Below the pieces are notes generated by a model, which was given only the letters and a program-made list of their open reading frames with translations, ran no database searches and was not told the origin of the DNA. The position numbers were made by a program, and so were the translations under genes. Positions 37,301 through 47,881 of a DNA stretch of 64,000 nucleotides are shown piece by piece (position 1 is the stretch's first letter; every line of letters begins with the position of its first letter). Origin of the DNA: Lachnospiraceae bacterium (GTDB lineage: Bacteria > Bacillota > Clostridia > Lachnospirales > Lachnospiraceae); NCBI GenBank assembly GCA_015057365.1, contig SVEN01000001.1:13382-77381 (forward strand), written 5' to 3'.

Positions 37301-38251
37301 CTATCCTTCGGTTACACTTTGCAAACTGCCATCCTTTACGGAATATAAATATACATGATTCGACAACACCTCTTCCGGCTGTACCTGTTGCTCATTTACC
37401 GTCCGAACCATTCGGTTTAAATACTCCGGCTCCTCTTCCTCTGTTTCCTTTAGCAACAACACCTCATGCACACTGCTGGGAATCACGTAATAGTCCCCGC
37501 CGAATTTTTCTCCGAGTTGTCGTAACAAATCCGAATAAAGCAGTACCGCCGCACCGTTAATTCTTCTGTAATTGGACAATACATACAGCTTCCGGGAAAC
37601 ATACTCCTGTGCGGGAACAAGAAATGTAGACGCCTGCTCCTCTCCGCCGATAGAACATTCACTCACCGTATGTTCCACGCACCACAGCTTTTCCGGAAAT
37701 AAACGCCTTGTATTCTCTACAATCGTAGAAAAATACGTCTCTGCATCCCCAAGCTCAAGTACCTCCCAAACATTTTTCGGAAGCTGATAGCTTTTTATCC
37801 CGTCCTCCTCATCCTCCGTCAACACATAAAACACCGCTACCAGATCCAGAAAATTCACATAAACAGCATCCTGCAGCCATTCCGTATTACCTTCTGCCCG
37901 GATCAGTCGAAGAAACATATGGCTGATAATCCACTCCCTCTCCAAAAAATCCGGCACCTTCTCCCGTACTCGTTCACACTCGTTCAGTACAATATCCGCC
38001 AGATGTTCCGCCAATCCAAACTCGCTTTCACCACTGCAATAAGATCGATACAATTCATCCATGTAAAAACACGGAATGCACTCGCTCCCCTCTTTCCGGA
38101 TATACAATACATCCTTTATTACACCGTTATTCTTCCTAACTCTGGAAAGTTCTGTCTCATACCCCTCTCCCAGCACCGTAAGCACCTGTCTGCTTATTTC
38201 CTCCGCAAACCGTATCCGGTTCATCCTTATTCTACTTGTTTGTTCCTGCAT
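37301..38251 (-). CDS. hypothetical cytoplasmic protein (tentatively DUF5688-like)
   Basis: Long ORF with no recognisable catalytic motif. The start could be ATG 38251 or up to 38302. The family name is recalled from memory and not verified. Confidence 0.55.
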   Translation of the reverse strand: MQEQTSRIRMNRIRFAEEISRQVLTVLGEGYETELSRVRKNNGVIKDVLYIRKEGSECIPCFYMDELYRSYCSGESEFGLAEHLADIVLNECERVREKVPDFLEREWIISHMFLRLIRAEGNTEWLQDAVYVNFLDLVAVFYVLTEDEEDGIKSYQLPKNVWEVLELGDAETYFSTIVENTRRLFPEKLWCVEHTVSECSIGGEEQASTFLVPAQEYVSRKLYVLSNYRRINGAAVLLYSDLLRQLGEKFGGDYYVIPSSVHEVLLLKETEEEEPEYLNRMVRTVNEQQVQPEEVLSNHVYLYSVKDGSLQSVTEG

Positions 38252-38575
38252 TTTAACGCCTTTCTTTATTTGCATTACAATTAGGCCTAAGTATCCCGTC
38301 ATTCTTCACGTAATAATCGTCCCATGGAACAGGCTCCGAAACAGAGCAAAGATATTTAGAAATTCGAATTCGTATGTGATATCTTAGTTTGATTTTAACA
38401 AATTGTAACCCGATTTTCAAGACGGAATAATCACCAAACTTATCCTCCCTTCTTTATGCATTCCGCCGAATTTTCAGGCATAAAAAAAGTGGCCGAAAGC
38501 CTTGTTTTTCAAGACCTTTGCCACTTTTTACGCATTGATTCCCATTTATTTACAACAATCTTTGCGAAACCGTTC

Positions 38576-39961
38576 TTACTTTCCCGAAAGGTACTCATCA
38601 ATTCCCTTTGCCGCAGCTTTTCCGGCACCCATTGCAAGAATTACCGTTGCCGCACCGGTCACCGCATCACCGCCCGCAAATACACCTGCCTTACTGGTGC
38701 AGCCGGTCTCCTCCGTTGCCACAATGCAACCTCGACGGTTTGCTTCCAAGCCTTCGGTTGTGGAAACAATGAGCGGATTCGGACTGGTTCCTAAAGACAT
38801 GATTACCGTATCCAGCTCTAATTCAAAATCAGATCCCTCTACCTCTACCGGCTGACGACGTCCGGACGCATCCGGCTCACCCAGGGCCATCTGCACACAA
38901 CGCATGCCCTTTACCCAACCGTTTTCATCCACCAAAATCTCCTTCGGATTGGTCAACAGCTTAAAAATCACGCCCTCTTCCTTTGCATGATGTACCTCTT
39001 CCACACGGGCCGGAAGCTCCTCTTCTCCGCGTCGATACACGATATATACCTCCGCACCGAGGCGAAGCGCCGTACGAGCCGCGTCCATAGCTACATTTCC
39101 GCCACCGACTACCGCAACCTTTTTGCCGGCAGCAATCGGAGTATCATGGTCATTCGTAAATGCCTTCATCAGATTGTTACGGGTCAGGTACTCATTGGCG
39201 GAAAATACGCCGTTGGCATTCTCACCCGGAATTCCCATAAACTTCGGAAGTCCCGCACCGGAGCCTACAAACACCGCGGAAAATCCCTCTTCCGTCAGAA
39301 GCTCATCAATGGTGACCGACTTTCCGATAACCACATTGGTCTCTATCTTAACACCTAAAGCTTTTACATTCTCAATTTCACTCTTCACTACCGTTTCCTT
39401 CGGCAAACGGAACTCCGGAATACCGTAAACCAGTACACCGCCCGGCTCATGAAGTGCCTCGAAAATCGTCACGTCATAGCCGTTCTTTGCCAAATCTCCA
39501 GCACAGGTAAGACCCGCCGGGCCGGAACCGATGACTGCCACCTTTTTATTCTTCTTTTCCGCCTGTACCACCGGACGAAGCTCGTGCTCTCTGGCATAAT
39601 CCGCCACAAAACGCTCCAGCTTACCGATGGAAATGGCCTCGCCCTTAATTCCGCGGATACACTTCGCCTCACACTGGGACTCCTGCGGACAAACACGACC
39701 GCATACCGCAGGCAAGGCGGAATATTCGGAAATTACATGATATGCACCTTCCACATCTCCCTCACTTACCTTTCCGATAAAGCGCGGAATATCAATATTG
39801 ACCGGACAACCGGTTTGGCATTTCGGATTCTTACACTTTAAGCAACGGTCTGCCTCTGCCTTTGCCTCTTCTAAGGAATAGCCGAGACATACCTCATTAA
39901 AATTGTGAGCACGTTCCGCCGCATCCTGCTCACGCACCGGAACACGTTTTAACACATCCAT
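38576..39961 (-). CDS. nfnB: NADPH-dependent glutamate-synthase-small-chain-like oxidoreductase (NfnB-type)
   Basis: Start at ATG 39961 (AGGAGAG RBS). N-terminal Cys clusters for two [4Fe-4S], then the dinucleotide folds VAVIGSGPAGL and VAVVGGGNVAMD. Confidence 0.8.
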   Translation of the reverse strand: MDVLKRVPVREQDAAERAHNFNEVCLGYSLEEAKAEADRCLKCKNPKCQTGCPVNIDIPRFIGKVSEGDVEGAYHVISEYSALPAVCGRVCPQESQCEAKCIRGIKGEAISIGKLERFVADYAREHELRPVVQAEKKNKKVAVIGSGPAGLTCAGDLAKNGYDVTIFEALHEPGGVLVYGIPEFRLPKETVVKSEIENVKALGVKIETNVVIGKSVTIDELLTEEGFSAVFVGSGAGLPKFMGIPGENANGVFSANEYLTRNNLMKAFTNDHDTPIAAGKKVAVVGGGNVAMDAARTALRLGAEVYIVYRRGEEELPARVEEVHHAKEEGVIFKLLTNPKEILVDENGWVKGMRCVQMALGEPDASGRRQPVEVEGSDFELELDTVIMSLGTSPNPLIVSTTEGLEANRRGCIVATEETGCTSKAGVFAGGDAVTGAATVILAMGAGKAAAKGIDEYLSGK

Positions 39962-39986
39962 TTTTTCTCTCCTAAACTCTTTGCAA

Positions 39987-40868
39987 TTATTCACAATGAC
40001 CGCAACCGCCGTGATGGGTAGCGCCCTCTTTTTCCTTTAAGTATCTGCGGCCCTCTTCCGTCTTGTACATCTGCTGACGCTTCATCGCCTGGTCGAAATC
40101 CACCAGATGCCCGTCAAACTCCGGACCGTCCACACATGCAAACTTGATCTCATTACCGACCGCCACACGACAGGCACCGCACATACCGGTACCGTCCACC
40201 ATAATCGGATTGAGGCTTACAATCGTCGGAATTCCCAACTCCTTCGTAAGCAGACTCACAAACTTCATCATAATCAGCGGTCCGATGGCAACCACCAGGT
40301 CGTAGGACTTATTCTCTTCCTGCACAAGCTTCTTGATGCAGTCGTTTACATTTCCCTTCATGCCGTAGGAACCGTCGTCCGTGGTCACGTAAAGATTCTC
40401 CGCAACTTCGCGCATCTCGTTCTCTAAAATCACAAGGCTCTGATTTCTGGCACCAATAATACAATCTGCTGCAATCCCTTTGCTATGTAACCACTTTACC
40501 TGCGGATACACCGGCGCCGTTCCGACACCACCTGCCACAAATAAAATCTTTTTCTTTTTTAATTCCTCTACCGGCTCGTCAATCCACTCGCAATGATTAC
40601 CGAGCGGTCCCACAAAATCCCGGAACGCATCTCCGGCTTTCAGGTCCGCCATACGATAGGTAGAAGTTCCCACAATCTGAAATACAATCGTAACGGTACC
40701 TTTTTCCCTGGAATAATCACAAATCGTCAGCGGAATACGTTCTCCCCGCTCATCGATTTTTACAATCACAAACTGGCCCGGCAAGCAGGATTTCGCTACC
40801 CGTTCCGCCTTTACTTCCATCTTTACAATGGCATCACTCAACTGTTCTTTTGCAATAATCTCGTACAT
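39987..40868 (-). CDS. nfnA: ferredoxin-NADP reductase-like FAD/NAD-binding subunit (NfnA-type)
   Basis: Dihydroorotate-dehydrogenase-electron-transfer-subunit-like. Has ILFVAGGVGTAP and the C-terminal 2Fe-2S motif GTGMCGACRV...CVDGP. Directly upstream of nfnB. Confidence 0.8.
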   Translation of the reverse strand: MYEIIAKEQLSDAIVKMEVKAERVAKSCLPGQFVIVKIDERGERIPLTICDYSREKGTVTIVFQIVGTSTYRMADLKAGDAFRDFVGPLGNHCEWIDEPVEELKKKKILFVAGGVGTAPVYPQVKWLHSKGIAADCIIGARNQSLVILENEMREVAENLYVTTDDGSYGMKGNVNDCIKKLVQEENKSYDLVVAIGPLIMMKFVSLLTKELGIPTIVSLNPIMVDGTGMCGACRVAVGNEIKFACVDGPEFDGHLVDFDQAMKRQQMYKTEEGRRYLKEKEGATHHGGCGHCE

Positions 40869-41123
40869 ATTACCATCCGTATTCCTTCCAAAATATCCCA
40901 ACTTTGCCTCCATAAGGCCCACTATCATAACATAATATCACATTTCCTTCATAATTTCCACTATAAAAACAAAAACTTTCCCCGCCTTTTTTCAGTTAAA
41001 AATGGACTTCAAAAAAAATTTTCACAAAAATATAAAAAAAGGCTTTACTTCAATTCTTTGTCGTGGTAAAATATCACTGTAAAAAAAGAAATTACTTTCC
41101 AACACAAAGGAGGTTTATCTCAT

Positions 41124-41438
41124 ATGAGTAAAACAATCAGAACACCTGCGGTAGACTATTTATTTGATGCTATCCTCTCTCTTAAGGACAGAGAAGAGTG
41201 CTATACATTCTTTGAAGATGTATGTACCATTAACGAACTGCTTTCCCTTTCCCAGCGTTTTGAAGTAGCGGCAATGCTCCGTTCCCACAAGACCTACTTA
41301 GAGATTGCGGAGAAGACCGGTGCATCCACCGCAACCATCAGTCGTGTCAATCGTTCCTTAAACTACGGCAACGACGGTTATGACATGGTATTCGAGCGCA
41401 TTCCGCAGCTCCCGATTGAGGATTCTTCCGAATCCTAA
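41124..41438 (+). CDS. TrpR-like YerC/YecD-family protein
   Basis: 104 aa: LFDAILSLKDREECYTFFEDVCTINELLSLSQRFEVA...GASTATISRVNR. Confidence 0.85.
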   Translation: MSKTIRTPAVDYLFDAILSLKDREECYTFFEDVCTINELLSLSQRFEVAAMLRSHKTYLEIAEKTGASTATISRVNRSLNYGNDGYDMVFERIPQLPIEDSSES

Positions 41439-41456
41439 TAATTCCGGAAACAAATC

Positions 41457-41499
41457 AGTGTCGCAGTTCCTCACCGGTTCTGCGACACTTTTCTTTTTC
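41457..41499 (+). terminator. intrinsic terminator after the yerC-like gene
   Basis: 10-bp stem AGTGTCGCAG/CTGCGACACT followed by TTTTCTTTTT. Confidence 0.8.
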
Positions 41500-41504
41500 A
41501 CTAT

Positions 41505-42200
41505 TTATTTCTTTTTCTCCGACTTCTTTTCTTCTTTCTTTTCAGCCTTTTCTTCCTTTTTCTTTGCTTTCTCCTGCTTCTCGTCCTTCTCCGAAGACTC
41601 CGCCTCATGCGGTGCAAACTCCTTATCGATAATCTGCTCGATAATTTGCTTCTTCATATACACGTCAAAGCTCAGCATACAAATCAGGGAAAGCTTCCGT
41701 AAAAAGTCCTGCTGGTCCTTCTTCTTTACATCACCGTAAGTGCCCTGGACCGCCTTCCACTTTCTGGCCAGGTCCTTTGCCACCACATCGGACTGGGCCT
41801 TTTGAATAGCAAAAATCTCCTCGTAAATCTTCTCAAAGGGTACTTCTCCCGCACCGTCGAAAAACTTTTCGTTGAGAGGCTTTAAAATCGCCTGAATATC
41901 CGTAATGGACAACACACCCTTTAAATAATAAATCAAAATCAAGAGGTACATGTGGTCCTTGGAATACTTCTTCTTATTCGGAGACGGCAAAAGCTCATTC
42001 TTCGTATAGTTGTTAATCATGGTCTTGGTCAACAACTTGTCCTCATCGTAACGCTTTGAAGACGCCAGATGACGGTCCATAAAAGTCGTTACCTGATCCA
42101 TATATAAATCAATGTTCGGCAGCTCGTCCGGCTGTACATAGGAAATCTCTTTCAATCTGTCGAGAAGCTCACGCAACTCTTCACTGTCTTCCCAGGCCAT
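41505..42200 (-). CDS. DUF1836-like protein with Lys/Glu-rich C-terminal tail
   Basis: 231 aa. LYMDQVTTFMD...TKTMINNYTK resembles DUF1836; the tail reads EKDEKQEKAKKKEEKAEKKEEKKSEKKK. Confidence 0.7.
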   Translation of the reverse strand: MAWEDSEELRELLDRLKEISYVQPDELPNIDLYMDQVTTFMDRHLASSKRYDEDKLLTKTMINNYTKNELLPSPNKKKYSKDHMYLLILIYYLKGVLSITDIQAILKPLNEKFFDGAGEVPFEKIYEEIFAIQKAQSDVVAKDLARKWKAVQGTYGDVKKKDQQDFLRKLSLICMLSFDVYMKKQIIEQIIDKEFAPHEAESSEKDEKQEKAKKKEEKAEKKEEKKSEKKK

Positions 42201-42377
42201 CCCATCAACCTCCTTCTCTTCCTCTCTATATTATATAGTATTCGAAACCGCGTTGCAAGTACTTTCTTTTTTTCTCCGGGTATGGTATACTGTTACACAG
42301 ATGTTTTTACAGCAGTATACAACCTTTACTTACATAGCTTGAACAACCGGAAGATTTTTTCAAGAAACGAGGCAATT

Positions 42378-44723
42378 ATGAGTATATACGACACCTTAAA
42401 TCCAATGCAGCGGGAAGCTGTTTTTTTTGACAAAGGACCGCTCCTTATTTTAGCGGGCGCTGGCTCCGGAAAGACCAGAGTTTTGACCCATCGTATCGCC
42501 TATTTAATCGAAGAACAGGGCGTCAGTCCTTTCCAGATTCTCGCCATTACCTTCACCAATAAAGCAGCGAAGGAAATGCGGGAACGTGTGGACAAAATCG
42601 TCAGCTACGGTGCGGAAAACATCTGGGTCAGCACCTTCCACTCCACCTGCGTGCGGATTTTACGCCGCTTCATCGAATCCTTAGGCTACAGCCGGAACTT
42701 TACCATTTACGATTCCGACGACCAGAAGACGCTGGTGCGTGATATTTGTAAGTCCTTAAACATCGATACGAAGAACGTAAAGGAGCGGACCTTTTTGTCC
42801 GCCATTTCCTCCGCAAAGGATGAGCTGATTTCTCCGGAGGAATACGCCATGCGGGCCAACATGGACTTTTCCAAAAAGAACTTTTCCCGCGTCTACACCG
42901 AGTATCAGAAGCGTTTAAAGGCCAGCAACGCCCTGGACTTTGATGATTTGATTATGAAGACCGTGGAGCTGTTCCAGACAAACCCGGAGGTCCTTGACTA
43001 CTACCGCCGACGCTTCCGTTACATCATGGTGGACGAGTACCAGGATACCAATACCGCACAGTTCCGCCTCATCTCCCTTCTGGCGAATTACACCAACGAC
43101 GAAGGGGAGCTGGAACAGAACCTGTGCGTAGTAGGTGACGATGACCAGTCCATTTACAAATTCCGCGGTGCCAATATTCAAAACATATTGAACTTTGAAA
43201 AGATTTACCCGAATGCCCACGTCATCCGTCTGGAGCAAAACTATCGCTCCACCGGTAACATTTTATCTGCGGCAAATGAGGTAATACATCATAACATCGG
43301 CCGTAAGGACAAGTCCCTCTGGACCGAAAACGAAGAAGGTTCCCCGGTATTTTTTACCCAGTACCCGTCGGACTATTCCGAAGCCGAAGGTGTGGCGCAA
43401 AGCATCCGGGAGTATGCCGACGAAAAGGGCGCAGCCTATAAGGACTTTGCGATTTTATACCGCACCAACGCCCAGTCCAGAGTCTTTGAAGAAAAACTCA
43501 TCGCCAGAAACATTCCGTACCGCGTCATCGGAAGCATCAACTTCTACCAGCGTAAGGAAATTAAGGACCTTCTGGCTTACTTAAAGACCATTGATAACGC
43601 ATTGGATAACCTGGCGGTAAAACGTATCATCAATGTCCCGAAGCGTGGCATCGGCCTCACCACCGTGGACCGTATCGATGACTACGCGGAGGCAAACGGC
43701 ATGACCTTTTACGAAGCCCTTCGCCACGCGGAGTTTATTCCGTCCGTAGCCCGCGCCTGCGGAAAGCTCACCTCTTTTGTGGCCTTTATCGAGGCCCTGC
43801 GGAGCAAACCGATTGGTCAATCCTACACCTTAAAGGACTTAATCGAGGAAATTATGGAAGGAACCGGCCTGACCGAGGAAATCAAATCCTCCGCTGCCGA
43901 TGAAGAGGAAGCCGGAGAGCGTCTGGCAAACGTAGACGAACTCATTAACAAGGCCGTGCTCTACGAGCAAACCGCCGACGAACCTACCTTAAGCGGTTTC
44001 TTAGAGGAAGTGGCGCTCGTTGCGGACATCGATACGCTGGACGAATCTACGGATGTGACGGTCCTTATGACCTTACATGCCGCAAAGGGACTGGAGTTCC
44101 CGTACGTGTACTTATGCGGTATGGAGGACGGCCTGTTCCCGAGCTACTCTTCCATTAACGCAGAAAAACCTGAGGAAGAGATTGAGGAGGAACGCCGCCT
44201 TTGCTACGTCGGCATTACCCGTGCCATGAAGGAACTGCACCTTAGTGCCGCCTCCACCCGTATGGCAAGAGGCGAAACCCAGTACAATCCGACCTCCCGT
44301 TTCATCAAGGAGATTCCGCGATACTTACTTAAAATGGAGCAGGTAGGTTCTCAGAACACCTTCCGGAACAATGCCTTCGGCGGCAGCCCTATCCGCACCA
44401 TGTCCGGCGGTAGTATGCCGGTTCCGCGAAAATCGGTTACCTATAGTAACGCCGCAGGTGACTTTGATTTCGAGAAGCCGAAACCACGCCCGTCCGCTAT
44501 GCCGTACGCTTCCACCCCTGCCGCACCGGCGAAAAACTTCGGCACCGGTCCGTCCAGCTCCTTAGATTACGCAGTGGGCGATAAGGTCCGCCACATCAAA
44601 TTCGGTGCAGGCACCGTCACCAACATCGTAAACGGCGGCAGAGACTACGAGGTCACGGTACTCTTTGACACCTACGGTGTAAAAAAACTGCTGGCGTCCT
44701 TCGCCAATTTAAAAAAGTGTTGA
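42378..44723 (+). CDS. pcrA: ATP-dependent DNA helicase PcrA (UvrD/Rep family)
   Basis: Start at ATG 42378 (MSIYDTLNPMQREAV). Helicase motifs AGAGSGKT, VDEYQDTN and TLHAAKGLEF are present. Confidence 0.95.
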   Translation: MSIYDTLNPMQREAVFFDKGPLLILAGAGSGKTRVLTHRIAYLIEEQGVSPFQILAITFTNKAAKEMRERVDKIVSYGAENIWVSTFHSTCVRILRRFIESLGYSRNFTIYDSDDQKTLVRDICKSLNIDTKNVKERTFLSAISSAKDELISPEEYAMRANMDFSKKNFSRVYTEYQKRLKASNALDFDDLIMKTVELFQTNPEVLDYYRRRFRYIMVDEYQDTNTAQFRLISLLANYTNDEGELEQNLCVVGDDDQSIYKFRGANIQNILNFEKIYPNAHVIRLEQNYRSTGNILSAANEVIHHNIGRKDKSLWTENEEGSPVFFTQYPSDYSEAEGVAQSIREYADEKGAAYKDFAILYRTNAQSRVFEEKLIARNIPYRVIGSINFYQRKEIKDLLAYLKTIDNALDNLAVKRIINVPKRGIGLTTVDRIDDYAEANGMTFYEALRHAEFIPSVARACGKLTSFVAFIEALRSKPIGQSYTLKDLIEEIMEGTGLTEEIKSSAADEEEAGERLANVDELINKAVLYEQTADEPTLSGFLEEVALVADIDTLDESTDVTVLMTLHAAKGLEFPYVYLCGMEDGLFPSYSSINAEKPEEEIEEERRLCYVGITRAMKELHLSAASTRMARGETQYNPTSRFIKEIPRYLLKMEQVGSQNTFRNNAFGGSPIRTMSGGSMPVPRKSVTYSNAAGDFDFEKPKPRPSAMPYASTPAAPAKNFGTGPSSSLDYAVGDKVRHIKFGAGTVTNIVNGGRDYEVTVLFDTYGVKKLLASFANLKKC

Positions 44724-44828
44724 TTTTAGAAAATTTTTCTAGTAATTTATGTCACACTATGGTATACTCTAACTAAATAGGAAGAGTAAACGTATATTAT
44801 TTTCACAATAGGAAAGGATGGACCTGCC

Positions 44829-45113
44829 ATGAACAACATCATGAAAAAGTTAGAAGATTTGGTTTCCAGCAACGATAAGCTTGCTGAGTTACTTCGCTTA
44901 AAAAAGGAAGAGGAAGAGTTCGAAAAGAAGAATACCGCACTTTATGTATTCGCTATCATCGGCGCAGTTGCCGCTATCGCTCTGATTGCATACCTCGTAT
45001 ACCGCTACCTGAATCCGGTTTACGTAGAGGATGGCGAATTCGAGGATGAGTACGAGTTGTTAGAGGACGACTACATCCCGGGCGATGCATCCGAAGCAGA
45101 TTTTGAGGAGTAA
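44829..45113 (+). CDS. small single-TM protein with acidic C-terminus
   Basis: 94 aa with TM YVFAIIGAVAAIALIAYLVY. Extended -10 TGGTATACT upstream. Confidence 0.55.
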   Translation: MNNIMKKLEDLVSSNDKLAELLRLKKEEEEFEKKNTALYVFAIIGAVAAIALIAYLVYRYLNPVYVEDGEFEDEYELLEDDYIPGDASEADFEE

Positions 45114-45144
45114 ACAAAGCATTAATATTACAGCAACGAAAAAA

Positions 45145-45170
45145 GGAAGTGCACCCAAAGGTTCACTTCC
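45145..45170. terminator. bidirectional terminator between convergent genes
   Basis: GGAAGTGCACC-CAAA-GGTTCACTTCC, flanked by an A-run upstream and a T-run downstream. Confidence 0.75.
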
Positions 45171-45183
45171 TTTCTTTTGTAGG

Positions 45184-45867
45184 TTAAATCATTCCTGACA
45201 TAATAAATCCATACACCTTTCCGTTTGATGCTCTTACAAATACGGTAGTATCATAAAGCCGCCATGAACCATCATCCTTTTCATGGTCATAAAAACCAAT
45301 CTTCCACACCGGTTTTCCTATCGGCACCCAGTACCAGTCATTCCAATTATAGCCTCCCTTCATACTATACCCATCATGCTTATCAAACTCCCCCAAACGT
45401 ACCTCAATATGCTTCCACGGCCCCTGCTTGTTACCACGTGAATTTTGGAACAAAATTGCATATATTATGGCTTCCTCCACCGAAATCAACCCTTTTTGAT
45501 CCGTGTCCGTATTATAATTCGGTACCGCTTCCTGACTATCCCAGCCGCCAATTACCTCTTTTCCATCATCTGTCACCACAAAATGCACTGACCGGGAATC
45601 ATTTTCTGTTTTGATTACAACATACCAAATATGCCTTTCGCCGTCATACTGTTTTTCATGCGCCGTCTCCAATTCCACCGTACGAAACTCCGCCGTACGA
45701 GCGGTCCACTCTTTCCATTCCACAAATTCTTCCATAAAAAACTTCTGTCCGTATGTCAACGTCACTTGAATCGCCTCTTTCTCTGTCAACTGGGGCGAAT
45801 ACTCTTTACAGCCGCAAAACAGACCGGCAAATAAGAACAACATCAAAAATACATAAATATACCGCAT
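45184..45867 (-). CDS. putative lipoprotein, unknown function
   Basis: 227 aa with a signal peptide and a lipobox-like LFCGC. Confidence 0.6.
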   Translation of the reverse strand: MRYIYVFLMLFLFAGLFCGCKEYSPQLTEKEAIQVTLTYGQKFFMEEFVEWKEWTARTAEFRTVELETAHEKQYDGERHIWYVVIKTENDSRSVHFVVTDDGKEVIGGWDSQEAVPNYNTDTDQKGLISVEEAIIYAILFQNSRGNKQGPWKHIEVRLGEFDKHDGYSMKGGYNWNDWYWVPIGKPVWKIGFYDHEKDDGSWRLYDTTVFVRASNGKVYGFIMSGMI

Positions 45868-46098
45868 ACGTCCCTCCCTTCGGGCATAAACAATACCTCC
45901 TCTTATATCCTATCATACTATCTACTGTTGTTCAAGCAAAAAGCTCGTTCTCCCCCTCACCACACAATATTTTTTCGTACTTCCTCATATTCTGCTTGCA
46001 TTTTTTAAGATTTCTGCTACAATCGAATTTGTGTGTGCATTTTACACATACACTATTGTAACCGTACATCATATTCAGAACTAATGTGAGGGATTTTT

Positions 46099-47289
46099 AT
46101 GAGAACCGCTTCTCTGCATACAAGACCTACCATACATAGAAATCAGCACTCCCTCTGGGAGTTTTTAAACGAGTACCTGTTTGCGCCGGCTACCGTCTTC
46201 GTAAAGAAGCAGGCGGTGCTTTGCATTGCGCTTATTGCCATGGCGGTAACCTGTGTTCTCGTTCCGCCGGATGCGGCGTACCTTGGCTACTTTGATTTGC
46301 GTACTTTGGCAACTCTTTTCTGTACCCTTGCGGTGGTGGCGGCGTTTTCCCACATCCATCTGTTTGAAGTCATCAGTAAAACCATCGTCATCAAGCTTCA
46401 CACCTTGCGAAATGCCACTCTTGGTCTTGTAATGATTACCTTTGTGGGTTCCATGTTGCTCGCCAACGACATGGCGCTGCTTACCTTTTTACCGTTAGGC
46501 TTCTTTGTACTGAACAGTACCGGAAATAAGAAGGCCATGGCCTTTACCTTTATTGTGCAAAACATTGCGGCAAACTTAGGCGGTATGGTAACGCCTTTCG
46601 GCAATCCGCAGAACCTCTACCTGTACTCTTATTTTAACATCGGTACGGGTGAATTCGTAAAGATTATGCTGCCGTCCTTTATAACCGCAACCTTGCTCAT
46701 TATCGGCATCTGCCTGTTTGTAAAGCCGACGCCGCTGACCTTAAAAAACGACGAAGAATATCACCTTCCGGTGGTCAGGACCGCGATTTACTCCGTCCTG
46801 TTTGTAGCCAGTATTTTAATTGTATTCCGTGTGATTCCGTACCACTGGGGTACTCTTGCGATTACCGTCATCCTTCTTTTCATGGATTGGAAATCCGTTA
46901 AGGAAGTAAACTACCCGCTCCTTGCCACCTTCTGTGCCTTTTTCGTATTCAGCGGAAACCTGGCACGCATCCCGGCAGTGAGCAATTTCTTCGGAGAACT
47001 GTTGCCAATGAACACATTGCTCTTCGGTATCCTGTCCTGTCAGTGCATCAGTAACGTGCCGAGCGCCGTACTTCTGTCCCATTTTACGACAGACTACTCA
47101 AGCCTGCTTCCGGCAGTCAATATCGGCGGTCTGGGAACCTTAATTGCATCCTTGGCAAGCCTGATTACCTTCTCCGAATACAAGAAGCACAACCCGGAAC
47201 AAATAAAGAAATACATCGTAATGTTTACCGCAATCAACTTTGGTTTTATGGCTGTGCTGTTTGTGGTGCAGAGTTTGATTTTGAAGTAG
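46099..47289 (+). CDS. ArsB/NhaD-superfamily (YbiR-like) anion transporter
   Basis: 396 aa and polytopic. ANDMALLTFLP and TPFGNPQNLYLY motifs; distant paralog of 26726-28009. Confidence 0.7.
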   Translation: MRTASLHTRPTIHRNQHSLWEFLNEYLFAPATVFVKKQAVLCIALIAMAVTCVLVPPDAAYLGYFDLRTLATLFCTLAVVAAFSHIHLFEVISKTIVIKLHTLRNATLGLVMITFVGSMLLANDMALLTFLPLGFFVLNSTGNKKAMAFTFIVQNIAANLGGMVTPFGNPQNLYLYSYFNIGTGEFVKIMLPSFITATLLIIGICLFVKPTPLTLKNDEEYHLPVVRTAIYSVLFVASILIVFRVIPYHWGTLAITVILLFMDWKSVKEVNYPLLATFCAFFVFSGNLARIPAVSNFFGELLPMNTLLFGILSCQCISNVPSAVLLSHFTTDYSSLLPAVNIGGLGTLIASLASLITFSEYKKHNPEQIKKYIVMFTAINFGFMAVLFVVQSLILK

Positions 47290-47343
47290 CCCATTACAAT
47301 TTACATTTCTTTTATCAAAACAGAATACTTTTTTAACGCTAAA

Positions 47344-47380
47344 AAGACCGCAACCTTCATTACGAACAAGCTGCGGTCTT
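47344..47380. terminator. bidirectional terminator
   Basis: 9-bp stem AAGACCGCA/TGCGGTCTT flanked by an A-run and a T-run, between convergent genes. Confidence 0.7.
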
Positions 47381-47395
47381 TTTTCTCTCTTACAA

Positions 47396-47626
47396 TTATT
47401 CTTCTGTCTTTTCTTCCTTCTTTTCTTCTTTCCCTTTATTATACATCCTTACGGTTGCGATAATAAGAATCGGACATGCAATCCCATCAATAATTCCCAA
47501 TATCCGGATAAGTGCATCCGGTATGGGTGCCCCCTTTAATTTTGCAATCGAAAACACCAGCGTACACGCTGCAATCATCATAAGGCAGATACTCCACACA
47601 AGTAATAACTTATTCTTCTTCATCAT
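47396..47626 (-). CDS. small two-TM membrane protein
   Basis: 76-aa ORF with two hydrophobic helices and a K/E-rich tail. Confidence 0.5.
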   Translation of the reverse strand: MMKKNKLLLVWSICLMMIAACTLVFSIAKLKGAPIPDALIRILGIIDGIACPILIIATVRMYNKGKEEKKEEKTEE

Positions 47627-47652
47627 TCCTCTCCTTCCCTTACCTTCGAAAC

Positions 47653-47880
47653 CTACTCCGTTATCCCGGTATCAACAATCAGCTTCTTACAGCTTTTACA
47701 GTACTCCCCCGGAAGCTGAAAAGCTCCCAAAGAGTATTTCGCTGCCTCCGTCAATCCGGCTCCGGCGAGCTTATCCCCAAGGCTGTTTTTCTTTCCTTCT
47801 TCCTGCCAACGAACCTTCTGTCTTCCGTCTCCTTTTAAATAGCCTTTTTTCATCTCCTGCTTACAATACGGACACTCCAT
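47653..47880 (-). CDS. small zinc-ribbon protein
   Basis: 75 aa with CPYC...CKSC pairs at the two ends. Abuts the DUF523 gene stop. Confidence 0.55.
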   Translation of the reverse strand: MECPYCKQEMKKGYLKGDGRQKVRWQEEGKKNSLGDKLAGAGLTEAAKYSLGAFQLPGEYCKSCKKLIVDTGITE

Positions 47881-47881
47881 C

